Positions 49,623 through 63,054 are shown, counted from the first letter of the stretch. The stretch is 64,000 bases of DNA from Gemmatimonadales bacterium (GCA_037189525.1 JBBCJC010000003.1:32001-96000); one strand, 5' to 3'. The notes: generated from the sequence alone by a model not told the origin. Made by a program: numbers and translations.

Positions 49623-50885
49623 ATGCCGCACCCGCCGGCCTCGCTCGATCTCGAACTCATCACGATCGGTACCGAGCTGCTGCTCGGATTCACGGTCGAT
49701 ACCAATTCTGCGTTCATCGGCCAGACCCTCGCATCCGTCGGCGTCAGAGTGACTCGGCGGACGTCGGTGTCGGACGAGGGCGCCGCGATCAGTGCCGCGG
49801 TGGCCGAAGCCCTGGCGCGGTCGTCGCTGGTCATTACGGTCGGCGGGCTGGGCCCGACCCGGGACGATCTGACCAAGCGCGTCATCGCCGATCTCTTCGG
49901 CGCACCGCTTCATTTCCAGCAGGATCTCTGGGACCAACTGGTGGCGCGCTTTGCCCGGCTGGGCCGGGTGCCGGCGCCCTCCAACCGCTCGCAAGCCGAA
50001 GTTCCCGAGGGCGCGCTGGTGCTGCCTAACGCTCGCGGCACGGCGCCCGGACTCTGGCTTTCGGGAGAGCCCGGCGAGGTCATCATGCTGCCGGGCGTCC
50101 CGTCCGAGATGCGCGGTTTGATGGAAACCGGGGTGCTGCCTCGGCTTCGCGAGCGCACCGGGGGGCGCGGGGCGGTCACGACCCGGATTTTCCGGACCAC
50201 GGCGATTCCTGAGTCGACTCTGGCAGAGCGGCTGGAGGCCGTCGAGGATACGCTTGGTGGGCTGACGCTGGGATACGCGCCGGGGTACGAAGGGGTCGAT
50301 CTGCGGCTCACCTCCTGGGGTGGGACCCCGGAAGGAGCCGCCGAAGCGCTCGATCGCGCCGAAACCCAGATTCGGGCGGCGGCAGGTACGCACTGCTACG
50401 GCACCGGTGATGCCGACCTTTCCGCCGTGCTGTTGGACGCCTGCAAGCAGCGCGGCCTGACCGTGGCCGTCGCGGAGAGCTGCACCGGCGGGCTGGTGGG
50501 ACAAAGACTGACCGAGGTGCCGGGCTGCTCGTCGGCTTTTCGTGGCGGTGTGATTGCCTACCACAACGAGCTCAAGACCAGCCTGCTGGGGGTGCCGGAG
50601 TCGATGCTCCAGGCTCACGGCGCGGTCAGCGAACCGGTGGTCCGGGCCATGGTCCAGGGTGCGGCCCGGATCACGGGCGCCGGGGTGGCCGTGTCGGTCT
50701 CCGGGATTGCCGGACCGGACGGCGGGTCGGAGGAGAAACCGGTTGGGACGGTCTGGTTCGGCTTCCTGGCCGGCGACCGGGTCGAGGCCGCCCGGATCAT
50801 CTTCCCGGGGTCCAGGGCCGAGATCAGGGCGCGGGCTGCCCAGTACGCCCTGTACGGGCTCTGGCGGCTGGTGGAGGGGGGCTGA
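49623..50885 (+). CDS. cinA: Competence/damage-inducible protein A (MoCF domain plus NMN deamidase)
   Basis: IGTELL, GGLGPTRDD, GTAPG, AESCTGG, GIAGPDGG. Confidence 0.96.
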   Translation: MPHPPASLDLELITIGTELLLGFTVDTNSAFIGQTLASVGVRVTRRTSVSDEGAAISAAVAEALARSSLVITVGGLGPTRDDLTKRVIADLFGAPLHFQQDLWDQLVARFARLGRVPAPSNRSQAEVPEGALVLPNARGTAPGLWLSGEPGEVIMLPGVPSEMRGLMETGVLPRLRERTGGRGAVTTRIFRTTAIPESTLAERLEAVEDTLGGLTLGYAPGYEGVDLRLTSWGGTPEGAAEALDRAETQIRAAAGTHCYGTGDADLSAVLLDACKQRGLTVAVAESCTGGLVGQRLTEVPGCSSAFRGGVIAYHNELKTSLLGVPESMLQAHGAVSEPVVRAMVQGAARITGAGVAVSVSGIAGPDGGSEEKPVGTVWFGFLAGDRVEAARIIFPGSRAEIRARAAQYALYGLWRLVEGG

Positions 50886-50893
50886 CAGAGGGA

Positions 50894-51056
50894 GGCTGGT
50901 GAGGGGCGTAGCTGGCGGTGTCGCCCTACTCCTGAGCCCGTCGTTGTGCCAAATTGACAGAGAAACTCGGAACGCCAGTTGCCGTACGTGGGGTGCAACA
51001 GGCGGTGCGGCACGGGTCTTCACGATCGGTGGCGCGGCTGCTGCCTTGATCAAGCC
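50894..51056 (+). ncRNA. Putative rod-shaped structured RNA (6S-like)
   Basis: Nested helices with many G-U pairs and internal loops across 163 nt; contains CCUGAGCC. Confidence 0.45.
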
Positions 51057-51089
51057 AAAACGACCGAATGCTAGACGGGATGCGAAGTA

Positions 51090-51647
51090 ATGACCGAACG
51101 GCCTTTTGAAGAGAACGAGTTGCCCGACCTGCCTGCCTCCGATGGGGATCCTGCGCCTGCGGGGTTGCCTCAGGAGCCGACGGACAGCGCCGTCAAGCGG
51201 CTGGCCGAGCAGTTGGATGACGCCAACGACCGGTACCTTCGCCTGGCGGCCGAGTTCGACAACTTCCGGAAGCGGGTGGCGCGGGAGCGGGTCGAGTTGT
51301 CGGATCGGGCCGAGGGGAAGATGGTCAGCCGAATCATCGAGGTCGTGGACGATCTGGATCGGTTGACGGACAGCGACTGGAACGGACCGGCCGCGCCGTA
51401 TCGCGAAGGGGTCGATCTGATCGGTCAGAAGTTCCACAAACAGCTGGAGGCGGCTGGCCTCGAGACCATCAATCCGACCGGCGCTCCGTTCGATCCGACC
51501 GTGTCGGAGGCGGTCTCGACCATCCCGGCCCCGACGGCTGCGCAGGACAATACGGTGAGCGCGACCTTCCAGGTCGGTTACCGCTACAAGGGCGTTCTGC
51601 TCCGTCCCGCGCGCGTCCAGGTCTACGTGGGCGAAGGGTCCGCCTGA
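51090..51647 (+). CDS. grpE: Nucleotide exchange factor GrpE
   Basis: [20 protein letters not shown]....LLRPARV. Confidence 0.97.
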   Translation: MTERPFEENELPDLPASDGDPAPAGLPQEPTDSAVKRLAEQLDDANDRYLRLAAEFDNFRKRVARERVELSDRAEGKMVSRIIEVVDDLDRLTDSDWNGPAAPYREGVDLIGQKFHKQLEAAGLETINPTGAPFDPTVSEAVSTIPAPTAAQDNTVSATFQVGYRYKGVLLRPARVQVYVGEGSA

Positions 51648-51649
51648 CC

Positions 51650-52744
51650 GTGGCATCGAAGGACTTCTACCAGATTCTCGGCGTCTCGGAGGCCGCCTCG
51701 GCCGACGAGATCAAGAAGGCCTATCGCCGGCTGGCCAAGCAGCATCATCCGGATGCCAACCCGAACAACCCGGCAGCTGCGGAGACCTTCAAGCAGATTG
51801 CCGAAGCGCACAGCGTGCTGTCCGATCCGGAAAAACGGAAACAGTACGATCAGATGCGCCGGTTGGGCGCCTTCGATACCGGCCGGGCCGCCCGGCCGGG
51901 CGGTCCGGGGCGTCCGGCGTCCGGGTCGGCCGAAACCTTCGACTTCGGCGACTTCGGGTCGATGGGGTTGGGCGACATCTTCTCCTCGATTTTCGGACGG
52001 AGCGGCGGTAAGAAGGGGCCGACCCGGGGCGAGACGCTGGAGACGGTGCTCGAGATTCCCTTCCGCACCGCGGCGTTAGGCGGGAAGGTCCCCGTCACGC
52101 TGCCCGTGACGGGACCGTGCACTACCTGCGGAGGAAGCGGCGGCGCGCCGGGGGCGACCTTTTCCCAGTGCCCGGAATGCAAAGGCCGAGGCAGCATTTC
52201 TTTCGGACAGGGCGGCTTTGCGGTCAACCGGCCGTGCCCGCTCTGCCGCGGCCGCGGCAAAGTACCTTCGCAGAAGTGCCCGACCTGTCAGGGCGCCGGC
52301 GAGTTGCGGTCGGAAAAGACCGTGATGATCACGGTGCCCTCGGGAACGGAGTCCGGCACCAAGGTGCGTCTCAAGGGGCAGGGCGAGTCGGGCGCCGAAG
52401 GTGCGCAGGCCGGCGACCTGCTGGTCACCTTCGAGGTGCAGAGCGACCGCTTCTTCTCGCGGGATGGGCTCGACGTGATTTGTGAAGTGCCGATCAATGT
52501 GGCGCAGGCGGTCCTGGGCACCCGGATTCGGGTCAAGACGATCGACGGGAAAAAAGTCGTTCTCAAGATTCCGCCCGGCACTCCGGCCGGGAAGCGTTTC
52601 CGCATCAAGGGGATGGGCATCGCGAAGGCGGATCGCCGCGGCGACCAGCTGGTCGAGATCGGGGTGACCATGCCCGAGCAGTTGTCCCCCGAGCAGGAAG
52701 AACTCTTCAAGCAGTTTGCCGATTCGGCCGGCCTGCCGCACTAG
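51650..52744 (+). CDS. dnaJ: Chaperone DnaJ
   Basis: J-domain with HPD, G/F region, four CxxCxGxG repeats. Confidence 0.96.
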   Translation: MASKDFYQILGVSEAASADEIKKAYRRLAKQHHPDANPNNPAAAETFKQIAEAHSVLSDPEKRKQYDQMRRLGAFDTGRAARPGGPGRPASGSAETFDFGDFGSMGLGDIFSSIFGRSGGKKGPTRGETLETVLEIPFRTAALGGKVPVTLPVTGPCTTCGGSGGAPGATFSQCPECKGRGSISFGQGGFAVNRPCPLCRGRGKVPSQKCPTCQGAGELRSEKTVMITVPSGTESGTKVRLKGQGESGAEGAQAGDLLVTFEVQSDRFFSRDGLDVICEVPINVAQAVLGTRIRVKTIDGKKVVLKIPPGTPAGKRFRIKGMGIAKADRRGDQLVEIGVTMPEQLSPEQEELFKQFADSAGLPH

Positions 52745-52820
52745 AGCCGAGGAGATCTTTAGTTCGGCAGTATGCTGCGAAGCGCTGGAAGGCGCCAACC
52801 TTCCGAGGCGTGGGGACTAA

Positions 52821-54929
52821 CTATTCCCTGGGCCGGGCGTCCTGCCGGTATCGTTCGATCAGTGTCTGGTGCGTAGCAATCACCGGCTCGGCGCCGGGCC
52901 GGCGCTGGGCCCAGCTCCCGTTGGCCGTCAGCTCCCAGGCTTGTCGGTTATCCCGCCACATCAGCTCGAGCAGTTCACGCACCGTCTCGCGGTGGGCCGC
53001 GGTGCCCAGCGGCGCCGCCGATTCGATCCGACGATCGAGATTTCTCGGCATCCAGTCGGCCGAAGAGATGTAGACGTCGGGTTCGCCGCCGTTCTCGAAA
53101 TACCAGGCGCGCGAATGTTCGAGGAAGCGGCCGATCACGCTGATCACCCGAATGTTGTCGCTGACGCCGGGCACCCCGGGCCTGAGTGCGCAGATACCGC
53201 GAATGATCAGGTCGATCTGCACGCCGGCCCGTGACGCTTCGTACAGAGCGCGCATCACGTCGACGTGATTGAGGGCATTCATTTTGGCGAGGAGCCGTGC
53301 CGGGCGTCCGGCGCGGGCATGCTCCGCTTCCCGTTCGATGAGCTGAATCAGCCGGGGGCGCATCCCGCCGGGCGCGACCAGTAATTTCCGATAGCCGGCC
53401 GGCGCGGCAAAACCGGTCAGGACGTTGAATAGGTCCGACATGTCGGCGCCCAGCGCGGCGTCGGCGGTGAAGAGACCGAAATCGGTATAGAGGCGCGCCG
53501 TCTTGGGCTGGTAGTTACCGGTCCCGATGTGGACGTACCGCCTGATCGTCTCCCCCTCGCGCCGCACCACCAGAATCACCTTGGCGTGGGTTTTGAGCCC
53601 CGGCACTCCGTAGCTGACGTGGACTCCGACGTCCTCGAACCGCTGGGCCCACTGGATGTTGTTCTCCTCGTCGAACCGGGCCTGCAACTCGATCAGGACC
53701 GCCACCTGCTTGCCGCGCTCCGCCGCGTTGGCCAGCATCCGAGCGATGTGCGAGTCGCCGCCGGTGCGATAGAGCGTCACCTTGATGGCGAGGACGTCGG
53801 GGTCCTCGGTCGCGAGTTGCAGGAAGCGCTCGACCGAGGTTGCGAAGCTATCGTAGGGGTGGTGGACGAAGACCTCGCCCTCGCGGATCACATCGAACAG
53901 ATTCGGATTGCCCGCCAGCCGGGGCTGAGTAACCGGAACGAAGGGTGGGTCGCGCAACTCGGGCAGTTCGATCGAGGCCAGCGCCATCAGATCGCCCGCA
54001 TCGAGCAGACCGGCCACTTCGTAGGTCTCGTGCTCACCGAGCGGGAGCTCGGCGGGATCCTGATCGGCCGTCAGTTCGGCGGTCAGCAGATTGCGGAGCG
54101 AGGGCGGGGTCGCCGGCTGCAGCTCGAGCCGCACCACTTCGGCGAACCGCCGGTTGCGCACCTCTTCCTGAATCAGCGACAGCAGATCTTCGGCCTCTTC
54201 GGGATCGATTTCCAGATCGGTGTTGCGGGTAATCCGGAACGCGTAGGCGCCGAGAATTTCGATGCCGGGGAAGAGCGCATCCAAATGCGCCGAGATCAGC
54301 GTTTCGAGGGGAACGAAGCGGCCGCCGCCCGGGAGCGGGATCCAGCGCGGCAGGATCTTGGGCACTTTCACGCGCGCAAAGTGCTCATCGCCCTCGGGCC
54401 CGCGCAGTGTCACCGCGAGCGAGATGCTCAGGTTCGAGATGGTCGGAAACGGGTGTCCCGGATCGACGGCGAGCGGTGTCAGGACGGGAAAGACCTGATC
54501 GGTGAAGTATCGCCCCAGGTGGGCGCGATCATCCTCCGTGAGGGCGCTCCAGTCGACGATCAGCTCGATGCCGGCTCCGGCCAGCGCCGGGAGGACTTCC
54601 TGCATCAGGCAGCGATCGTGACAACGCTGCAGTTCGCGTACGACGGTCGAGATCGCGGTCAGCTGCTCTTCGGCCGTCAAGCCGTCTGCGGCCGGGTCCT
54701 GGTACCGCGCCGCGACCTGCTTGCGAAGACCGGCGACGCGGACCTGGAAAAACTCGTCCAGGTTCGACGCAAAGATGGCCAGGAACTTGAGACGTTCGAG
54801 CAGCGGGGTCCGAGGGTCTTCCGCTTCGTGCAGCACCCGGCGGTTGAACTCGAGCCAGGAGAGTTCGCGATTGATATAGAGCGCCGGGTGGCGGAGGTCG
54901 ACGGAGGGACTGTCGGCAGGAATCGGCAT
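52821..54929 (-). CDS. ppk1: Polyphosphate kinase 1 (alternative start 54941)
   Basis: NRELSWLEFN, NLDEFF, HHPYDSF, ARFDEENN, KTHAK, GRFLEHSR, SADWMPRN. Confidence 0.97.
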   Translation of the reverse strand: MPIPADSPSVDLRHPALYINRELSWLEFNRRVLHEAEDPRTPLLERLKFLAIFASNLDEFFQVRVAGLRKQVAARYQDPAADGLTAEEQLTAISTVVRELQRCHDRCLMQEVLPALAGAGIELIVDWSALTEDDRAHLGRYFTDQVFPVLTPLAVDPGHPFPTISNLSISLAVTLRGPEGDEHFARVKVPKILPRWIPLPGGGRFVPLETLISAHLDALFPGIEILGAYAFRITRNTDLEIDPEEAEDLLSLIQEEVRNRRFAEVVRLELQPATPPSLRNLLTAELTADQDPAELPLGEHETYEVAGLLDAGDLMALASIELPELRDPPFVPVTQPRLAGNPNLFDVIREGEVFVHHPYDSFATSVERFLQLATEDPDVLAIKVTLYRTGGDSHIARMLANAAERGKQVAVLIELQARFDEENNIQWAQRFEDVGVHVSYGVPGLKTHAKVILVVRREGETIRRYVHIGTGNYQPKTARLYTDFGLFTADAALGADMSDLFNVLTGFAAPAGYRKLLVAPGGMRPRLIQLIEREAEHARAGRPARLLAKMNALNHVDVMRALYEASRAGVQIDLIIRGICALRPGVPGVSDNIRVISVIGRFLEHSRAWYFENGGEPDVYISSADWMPRNLDRRIESAAPLGTAAHRETVRELLELMWRDNRQAWELTANGSWAQRRPGAEPVIATHQTLIERYRQDARPRE

Positions 54930-54976
54930 GGGGGCGAACATAGGGCCGGAATGCCCTGCGGCGCGTAACGACTCGG

Positions 54977-57043
54977 TCACGGATCGCCGGATGCCGGGGT
55001 CAGATACTGATCGAGCCAGTCGAGCACCACACTCCACCAGAGCCGCCGATTCCTCGGCTTCTGGACGAAATGCCCCTCGTCGGGGAAGTAGAGGAACTTG
55101 GAATCGACGCCGCGCAATTGCAGCGCGGTAAACGCCTGGAGGCCTTCCGAGACGTCGACCCGGAAATCCTGCTGCCCGTGACTGATCAGCATCGGGGTCT
55201 GCCACTGCGCCACGAAGTTGGCCGGAGACCACTGCGCCAGCAGCGTCCGCGCTTCCGGTGACACCGGCGAGCCGCCGAACTCCCAGGTGGGGAACCAGAG
55301 CTCTTCGGTAGTGCCGGCCATGCTCTCGGTATTGAAGATCCCGCTGTGGGCCACCAGCGTCTTGAACCGGGTGGTGCGGCCGGCCATCCAGTAAATCATG
55401 TAGCCGCCGTACGACGCGCCGGCCGCGCCGATCCGGGTGCCGTCGACGAAGGGCAGCCCTTCGAGATACTCGACGCCGCGCATCAGATCCTGATACGGCA
55501 GGTCACCCCAGCGGCGGGAAATGCTGTTGGTGAAGGCCTGGCCGTACCCTGTCGAGCCATGAAAGTTGACGCCGGCCACGACGTAGCCGCGGGCCGCAAA
55601 GAGCGCGTAGTTCCAGCGCAGGTGCCAGGTGTCGGTCCAGGCGCTCTGCGGGCCGCCGTGAATCAGATAGGCAACCGGGTACTTACGAGCCGGGTCGAAG
55701 CCCGGCGGCTTGATCAGCAGGCCGAACACGCTGTCGCGATTGGCCCCGACGAAACCGAACGTCTCCGCGGCCGGCAAGTCGAGGTCGGCGAGCAGGGTGG
55801 CGTTGAGGGACGTCACCTTGCGCGCGGTCGGCGGTCCGCGGCCGATCAGCGGCAGCTGGTAGATCTCCGGAGGCGCGGCCGCGGTCTGATGCAGATAGAT
55901 CATCGCATCGCCGGCCGGCGCAAGCTGCGGTGCGGAGTTCGATCCGCCCGAGACCATCAGCGTGCGCCGGCCGCTCACGGCGTCGACCCGGTGCAACTGC
56001 CGCTCGCCGCGCACTTCGACTTCCACCACGATGGAGCGGGAGTCCGGCGCCCAGTTGAAGGCCTGCACGCTGACATCCCAGTCGCCGGTGAGCGAACGGT
56101 GGTCGCCGCTGGCCCGGTCGTACAGCATCAGCTCCTGCCGGTCGGCTTCGAAGCCGGGGGTACGCATGGACAGGTAGGCGATCCATCTCGCATTGGGCGC
56201 GTAGGCCGGGCTGTGGTCGTTGCCCGGGTTCCGCGTCATCGGGACCAGGCCGGTGCCGTCGGGCCCGATCAGATAGATGTCGTTGTTGGTGCTGGTGGCG
56301 ACGACGGAGTCGGCATTGAAGACGATGGCCAGCTCCGTACCGAGCGGCGAGATCGCCACGTCGCGGCCGCCCAGCGCGAGCGTCGGCACGTCGTGGTCGA
56401 ACGGAGTGATGTCGGTCGCTGCTCCGGTGGGCAGATCGATCCGGAACAGATGCTGGCGGAGTCCCGCGCGCCAGGTGTTCCAGTGCCGGTACATCAGACC
56501 GGTCCACATCTTGGCACTGGTGGGGAACTCGCCCTGCCGGCGCTGCAATTCGGTCGTATCGGGCCAGCGGACGTCGGCAGCCACGAACAGCGCCGTCGTG
56601 TCGGGCGACCACCAATAGTCGTTCACCCCGCTCGGTAGCGAGGTGAGCTGGACCGGTTCGCCGCCGTCGGTGCGGATCCGCCAGACCTGCGGGCTGCCGC
56701 TCCGGGTCGACAGGAACGCCAGAGTCCGGCCGTCGCGCGCCCAGCGTGGCGCCTGATCGGAGCCTGCTCCGCGAGTCAGTTCCCGGGTGGTGCCGTTGGT
56801 CAGGTTGTGCAGCCAGAGCCGGGAGACGTTGCGATCGTCGGCCAGGGACGGCGTGGTGACCGTAAACGCAATCAGCGAACCATCGGGCGAGAGCTGCGGG
56901 TCGCCGACGACCTGGAGCGAGAGGAAGTCGTCGACCGTCATGGCGCGACCGCCGCGCTGGGCAGCGACCGGGGCCGCCATCAGCGCAGCAAGCAGCGTCA
57001 CCTGTCCGAATGCACCGGTGGCGAGCCGCGCCAGGATGCTCAT
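54977..57043 (-). CDS. S9 family peptidase (acylaminoacyl/dipeptidyl peptidase), secreted
   Basis: Beta-propeller repeats, HGGP, GASYGG, DFRV, PDEGH. Confidence 0.93.
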   Translation of the reverse strand: MSILARLATGAFGQVTLLAALMAAPVAAQRGGRAMTVDDFLSLQVVGDPQLSPDGSLIAFTVTTPSLADDRNVSRLWLHNLTNGTTRELTRGAGSDQAPRWARDGRTLAFLSTRSGSPQVWRIRTDGGEPVQLTSLPSGVNDYWWSPDTTALFVAADVRWPDTTELQRRQGEFPTSAKMWTGLMYRHWNTWRAGLRQHLFRIDLPTGAATDITPFDHDVPTLALGGRDVAISPLGTELAIVFNADSVVATSTNNDIYLIGPDGTGLVPMTRNPGNDHSPAYAPNARWIAYLSMRTPGFEADRQELMLYDRASGDHRSLTGDWDVSVQAFNWAPDSRSIVVEVEVRGERQLHRVDAVSGRRTLMVSGGSNSAPQLAPAGDAMIYLHQTAAAPPEIYQLPLIGRGPPTARKVTSLNATLLADLDLPAAETFGFVGANRDSVFGLLIKPPGFDPARKYPVAYLIHGGPQSAWTDTWHLRWNYALFAARGYVVAGVNFHGSTGYGQAFTNSISRRWGDLPYQDLMRGVEYLEGLPFVDGTRIGAAGASYGGYMIYWMAGRTTRFKTLVAHSGIFNTESMAGTTEELWFPTWEFGGSPVSPEARTLLAQWSPANFVAQWQTPMLISHGQQDFRVDVSEGLQAFTALQLRGVDSKFLYFPDEGHFVQKPRNRRLWWSVVLDWLDQYLTPASGDP

Positions 57044-58098
57044 GCGATGACCCCTCCGCCCAGGACCTGGCCGTCGGATGTGTACAGTACGCCGGACTGG
57101 CCCGGGGTAATGGCGCGGGCCGGTTCGTGGAGGTCGAGCACCAGGCGCGCCGAATCCGCCGTGCGCACGGTCGCCGGAACGCTCCGGCTCCGGTAGCGGA
57201 TCTGAACCTCGCAGTGGTCACCCGCGCCGAGCGGGTCGGCGAGCCAGTTGAGCTCCTCGAGCTCGACCACGGTTCCCGCCAGCTCCGCTTCGGTCCCGAC
57301 CACCACGGCCCGATCGTCCGGGCGGATGCCCACGACATAGAGCGGCAACGGCGACCCGCCGGGCAGGCCTCGCCGCTGTCCGATGGTGTAGCGGGCAAAG
57401 CCGCGATGCTCGCCGATCCGGGTTCCGTCCGTCGTCACGATGGGGCCGGCCGCCAGGGCGGGCGCGTCGGCCGGTAGCCGCGCTTCGAGCACGCTGACGT
57501 AGTCGTCGTTCGGCACAAAACAGATCTCGACCGACTCCGGCTTGTCGGCGGTGGCCAGCTCGAGGGTACGGGCCGCGGCGCGGGTCTCCGCCTTGGTCAG
57601 CGCACCGACCGGGGTCCGCATCCTGGCGACCACCTCGCGGGGAATGCCCCAGAGGAAATAGCTCTGATCTTTGTTGCGATCGACCCCGCGGAACAGCTTG
57701 CCATCTCTGGCAATGGCGTAGTGCCCGGTGGCAATGGCATCGCAGCTGAGCGCATCGGCGTGAGCCAGCAGGTCGCGGAACTTGGTGAACGAGTTGCAGC
57801 GAACACAGGGAATCGGAGTCCGGCCCCGGCTGTACTCATCGACGAAGTTGTCGATGACCTGCTCACCGAAGCGATCCTCGAGATTCAGGACGTAGTGCGG
57901 AATGCCGAGGGCGTGGGCCACGTCGCGCGCGTCGTTGATCGAATCGAGCGAGCAGCAGGGCCGGTCGGGTACGTCGTCGCCGTAGCAGAAAAGCTTCATG
58001 GTGGCGCCGACGACGTCGTAGCCCTGCTCAACCAGCACGGCGGCGGCGAGCGAGCTGTCGACTCCGCCGGACATTGCCACCAGAATCTTCTCAGGCAC
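57040..58098 (-). CDS. mnmA: tRNA-specific 2-thiouridylase
   Basis: [46 protein letters not shown] start. Confidence 0.97.
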   Translation of the reverse strand: MPEKILVAMSGGVDSSLAAAVLVEQGYDVVGATMKLFCYGDDVPDRPCCSLDSINDARDVAHALGIPHYVLNLEDRFGEQVIDNFVDEYSRGRTPIPCVRCNSFTKFRDLLAHADALSCDAIATGHYAIARDGKLFRGVDRNKDQSYFLWGIPREVVARMRTPVGALTKAETRAAARTLELATADKPESVEICFVPNDDYVSVLEARLPADAPALAAGPIVTTDGTRIGEHRGFARYTIGQRRGLPGGSPLPLYVVGIRPDDRAVVVGTEAELAGTVVELEELNWLADPLGAGDHCEVQIRYRSRSVPATVRTADSARLVLDLHEPARAITPGQSGVLYTSDGQVLGGGVIA

Positions 58099-59269
58099 GT
58101 CCGAGTACCGTCGCGAGCTTTCGAACCTTTTCGACGATGCCGGGGAACACCGACACGACCTGCACGATGTCGGCATCGCCGGTCTCATGACCCAGACTCA
58201 AGCGGATCGCGCCGAGGGCCAGCGGACGCGGCACACCCATGGCGACCAGCACGTGCGACGGCTCGACCGATCCGGTGGAGCAAGCCGATCCGCCCGAGAC
58301 GGCAATCCCGGCCAGGTCCAGGTGCATCAGCAATGCCTCGGCGTCGGCGCCGGGAATGGCCAGGCTGAGGACGTGCGGGGCCCGGGGCGCCCGCTCGCTG
58401 TTGACCACCAGGTCGGGGACGACTGCGCGCAACTCGGCGAGGAGCCGGTCGCGCAGCCGGCCGAGCCGGTCCGCTTCCTCCGCAACCTCCGCCGCTGCCA
58501 GGAGCGCGGCTTTGCCCAGTGCCACCGCGCCGGCCACGTTCTCGGTGCCCGGACGGATGCCGAACTGCTGGCCGCCGCCGTGGATCAGGGCGTCGACGAC
58601 GGAGCGGTCGCCCACGATCAGGGCGCCGATGCCCTTGGGCGCGCCGATCTTGTGCCCCGACAGCGTGAGCAGGGTGCAGCAGGCGTCGGCCAGGTTGATG
58701 GGCAGCTTGCCGAAGGCCTGGACGGCATCGGAGTGAAACGGCACGCCCGCCTCTCGCGCGGCCCGGCTCATCGCTTCGATCGGCTGGCGAACCCCCGTCT
58801 CGTTGTTGACCCACATGAACGAGGCAATCGCCGGTGCGCGCGTCAGCGACGCCTCGAACGCTGCCTGATCGATCAGGCCGTTGCCGTCGACCGGAAGAAT
58901 TTCTTCTTCGCCGCCCAGCTTGACCACCTGATGCGCAGCTGCCAGAACCGCCTTGTGCTCGATGGCCGAGGTCACGACCCGCATGGGGCGGCCCCGGTTC
59001 CGCGCAGCAAGCGCGCTACCGATGATGGCGAGATTGTCGGCTTCGGTGCCGCCCGAGGTGAAGATCACCTGGTTCGGTTCGGCGCCGACCGCCGTGGCCA
59101 CCTGGCGCCTGGCCTGCTCGATGCCGGCGCGGGCAGTGCGTCCGAAATGATGGGCGCTGGAGGGATTACCGAAGGCGCCGCTTCCCAGATAGGGAAGCAT
59201 GGCCTCGAGGACTTCGGGCCGAACCGGCGTGGTGGCCGCGTGGTCGAGATAAACAGGTCGGACAGGCAT
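58091..59269 (-). CDS. iscS: Cysteine desulfurase
   Basis: [35 protein letters not shown]. Confidence 0.95.
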   Translation of the reverse strand: MPVRPVYLDHAATTPVRPEVLEAMLPYLGSGAFGNPSSAHHFGRTARAGIEQARRQVATAVGAEPNQVIFTSGGTEADNLAIIGSALAARNRGRPMRVVTSAIEHKAVLAAAHQVVKLGGEEEILPVDGNGLIDQAAFEASLTRAPAIASFMWVNNETGVRQPIEAMSRAAREAGVPFHSDAVQAFGKLPINLADACCTLLTLSGHKIGAPKGIGALIVGDRSVVDALIHGGGQQFGIRPGTENVAGAVALGKAALLAAAEVAEEADRLGRLRDRLLAELRAVVPDLVVNSERAPRAPHVLSLAIPGADAEALLMHLDLAGIAVSGGSACSTGSVEPSHVLVAMGVPRPLALGAIRLSLGHETGDADIVQVVSVFPGIVEKVRKLATVLGRA

Positions 59270-59311
59270 AGACAGGGATTATAACCCCGGATCGGGAGGT
59301 CGATGAGTCCC

Positions 59312-60034
59312 CTACATACTTTGGACGCCCAGCTGGACCACGTCGTCGATCAGGACCGTCTCGTGGGTAAAGAACGGCTCGCCGAACCGGGTCCGGATCA
59401 GCGAACCGTAGTGGGCGTTCTGAGTCTCGACCAGGCTGTAGAGGTCCTGCCCGGTCGGGAAAATCTCCCCCGCGTTGGTCGCCCCGTCGAACTGACTCGC
59501 ATAGGCCCGGATCGAGGCCAGCTTCCGTTCAAACTGTGGTGTAATATCGACCACAAAGGTCGGCTTGACGGGGTCTTCGCGATAGGCCAGGGCGTACAGG
59601 ATCTTGAACGGGCGGTGCGGGGTGCCTTCGGCCGGATATTTGGCCAGGCCGGCCAGAAAACAGGCATCTCGGGCCAGTTCGGAGGCGATCCGATGGTCGG
59701 GGTGCCGCCCCACGGGAAACGGGAGGATCACGACCCGTGGCGCAAAGTGGCGGATGGCCTCGACCACGACCCGGCGCGCCTCCTCGGAGTTGTGCAGGTG
59801 GGCGTCGGGGAGCCCCGCGTTGCGTCGCTCGGCGACTCCCATGATCTCGGCAGCGGCGGCGGCCTCGCTGGCGCGGAGCGCGGCCGAACCGCGGGTGCCG
59901 GTTTCGCCGGCGGTCAGATCGAGGATGCCGGTCCGGTAGCCCTGGTCGGCCGCCCGGATCAGGGTACCGGCGCAGGTCAGTTCGACGTCGTCCCGATGGG
60001 CGGCAATGGCCAGGATGTCGACCGCTGCCGTCAC
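59312..60034 (-). CDS. bshB1: Bacillithiol biosynthesis deacetylase (PIG-L/LmbE family)
   Basis: AHRDDVE, DLTAGE.GTRG, RHPDH, YASQF. Confidence 0.8.
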   Translation of the reverse strand: MTAAVDILAIAAHRDDVELTCAGTLIRAADQGYRTGILDLTAGETGTRGSAALRASEAAAAAEIMGVAERRNAGLPDAHLHNSEEARRVVVEAIRHFAPRVVILPFPVGRHPDHRIASELARDACFLAGLAKYPAEGTPHRPFKILYALAYREDPVKPTFVVDITPQFERKLASIRAYASQFDGATNAGEIFPTGQDLYSLVETQNAHYGSLIRTRFGEPFFTHETVLIDDVVQLGVQSM

Positions 60035-60381
60035 TGCGTCTTCCGGCGCTCTTCCACGATCACGGCCGCCGTCTGCGTACCGAGCGTAAACGCGGAGTGG
60101 AACTTGCCTTCGACGCCGGTCTTGGAACCTTCGCGCGGAACACCGCTCTGAGTCACGATGGTGATTTTGCCGGTCCCGTCGTCGATCTGGTAGGCCCCGA
60201 CTCCAAGGATGCCGACGGAACTCGTCACCGAGCCGGCGACCCGAACCGTCTGTCCTTCGTACTTGCTGGGGTCATCGAGCAGGTTCTGGACCGAGGTCGT
60301 GCCGCACGATTTGAGGAAGAACACGGCGGCCAGAGCAAGGAAGTAGGGCGATCCGGCGCGGGGGCGAGAGGCACGCAGCAT
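60031..60381 (-). CDS. Small OB-fold-like lipoprotein
   Basis: GGAGGA RBS, LKSC lipobox, VRVAGSV..YQIDDGTGKI. Confidence 0.75.
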   Translation of the reverse strand: MLRASRPRAGSPYFLALAAVFFLKSCGTTSVQNLLDDPSKYEGQTVRVAGSVTSSVGILGVGAYQIDDGTGKITIVTQSGVPREGSKTGVEGKFHSAFTLGTQTAAVIVEERRKTQ

Positions 60382-60487
60382 GGGATCCTCCATAGGAGAC
60401 GTAAGACAGGCCATCGGGATGCGGACGAAAGGTACAGCGGAGAGGCCGCGTCGTCAGGGCGCGGCCTCGTGATCGCCATTCGTAACG

Positions 60488-61812
60488 TTATTCGTAGCGG
60501 AGGGCTTCGACCGGGTCGAGTTTGGCGGCCTTGCTGGCCGGATAGAGCCCGAAGAAGATGCCGGTGATCGCGCTGGCAGCGAGGGCCGCCACGACGGACC
60601 AGAGGGGCACCGCCGCCGGAATCGGGGTATAGGTGCTCACCAGCCAGGCAATCGAACCGCCCATCGTCATTCCGATGATGCCGCCCAGCAAGGTGAGCGT
60701 GGCGGCCTCGACCAGAAACTGGAACATGATCTCCCGACGGGTAGCGCCGAGGGCTTTGCGAACCCCAATTTCCTTGGTGCGCTCGGTCACGGAAATCATC
60801 ATGATGGCGACCACACCGACGCCGCCGACCAGAAGGCCGACGCTCGACAGCGCGAGCATCACCAGGAAGAAGCCGCCCGTGACCTTGTTATAGACCTCGA
60901 GCATCTTGTCCTGGGTGACGACGGCAAAGTTGTTGTCTTCCCGGGGGCGGAGCCCGCGCGACATCCGGAGCGCCGAGATCACGCGATCCTGCGCGTCGGC
61001 CACCAGGACGCTGTCGGCCGGCTTGACCATGATCCACATCCCGCCGCGATAATACTCGGCCACCTTGGTAAAGGTGCCGTGGGGCATCACCGCAATCGGG
61101 TTCTGCGACGCGCCGCCGAACAGGCTGGCGGCCTCGGCGTAAATCCCGACGACGGTGAAGGGAACCCCGAAGATCTTGATCCGCCGCTGCAGCGGGTCGA
61201 GGCCGGGGAAGACGCGCTCGGCCAGCCGGTCGTTGATGATGGCGACGTAGTTGCCGGCGGCGGCTTCCACCTCGGTAAAGTTGCGCCCCTGGATCAGGGT
61301 GCCGCCCGCGGCGTCCAGCATGTTGGGTGTGGCGCCGATCACGAAGACCGAGCTCAGGTTGACGCTGCCGACGCTGACCGGTCCGTTCGTCTCCTCCCGC
61401 CATGCCACCTGGGCAATGCCCGGCAAGCGGCGGATCATCTGCGCTTCCTCGACGGTGATGTACGGGTTCCGCTCCCAGGGGCGTTCGGTGCCGTCCGAGA
61501 CGTTGACCCCGCCCTCGAAATGGCGCATCACCATGAAGGTGGTCGGCCCGGCTTGTTCCAGCATCCCGCTCACCGAGCGGTTGATCCCGGTGATCATCGA
61601 TGCCATCGCGATCACGACCATGACGCCGATGGCGACACCCAGAATGGTCAGGGCCGCTCTGGCTTTGTTGACCCGGATCGACTCGAGGGCAATCAGCACG
61701 CCCTCGAAAAGACGGGTCGGGTCGAGCAGGCTGACCTTGGCCAGCTTGCGATTGGCGGCGGGCGGCAGCGCGCCCGGTATCGGCGGCCAGCGGGGGGGCA
61801 TGGCGGCGTCCC

Positions 61813-61816
<4 letters not shown>
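60488..61816 (-). CDS. MacB/FtsX-like ABC permease
   Basis: LTILGVAIGV, SVTERTKEIGVRKALGA, LDPVEALRYE. Confidence 0.93.

Positions 61817-63054
<1,238 letters not shown>

Noticed and set aside
60442..60468. Terminator after the ABC operon
   Set aside because: A GC-rich hairpin is present but has no U-tract on either strand, so its function cannot be supported
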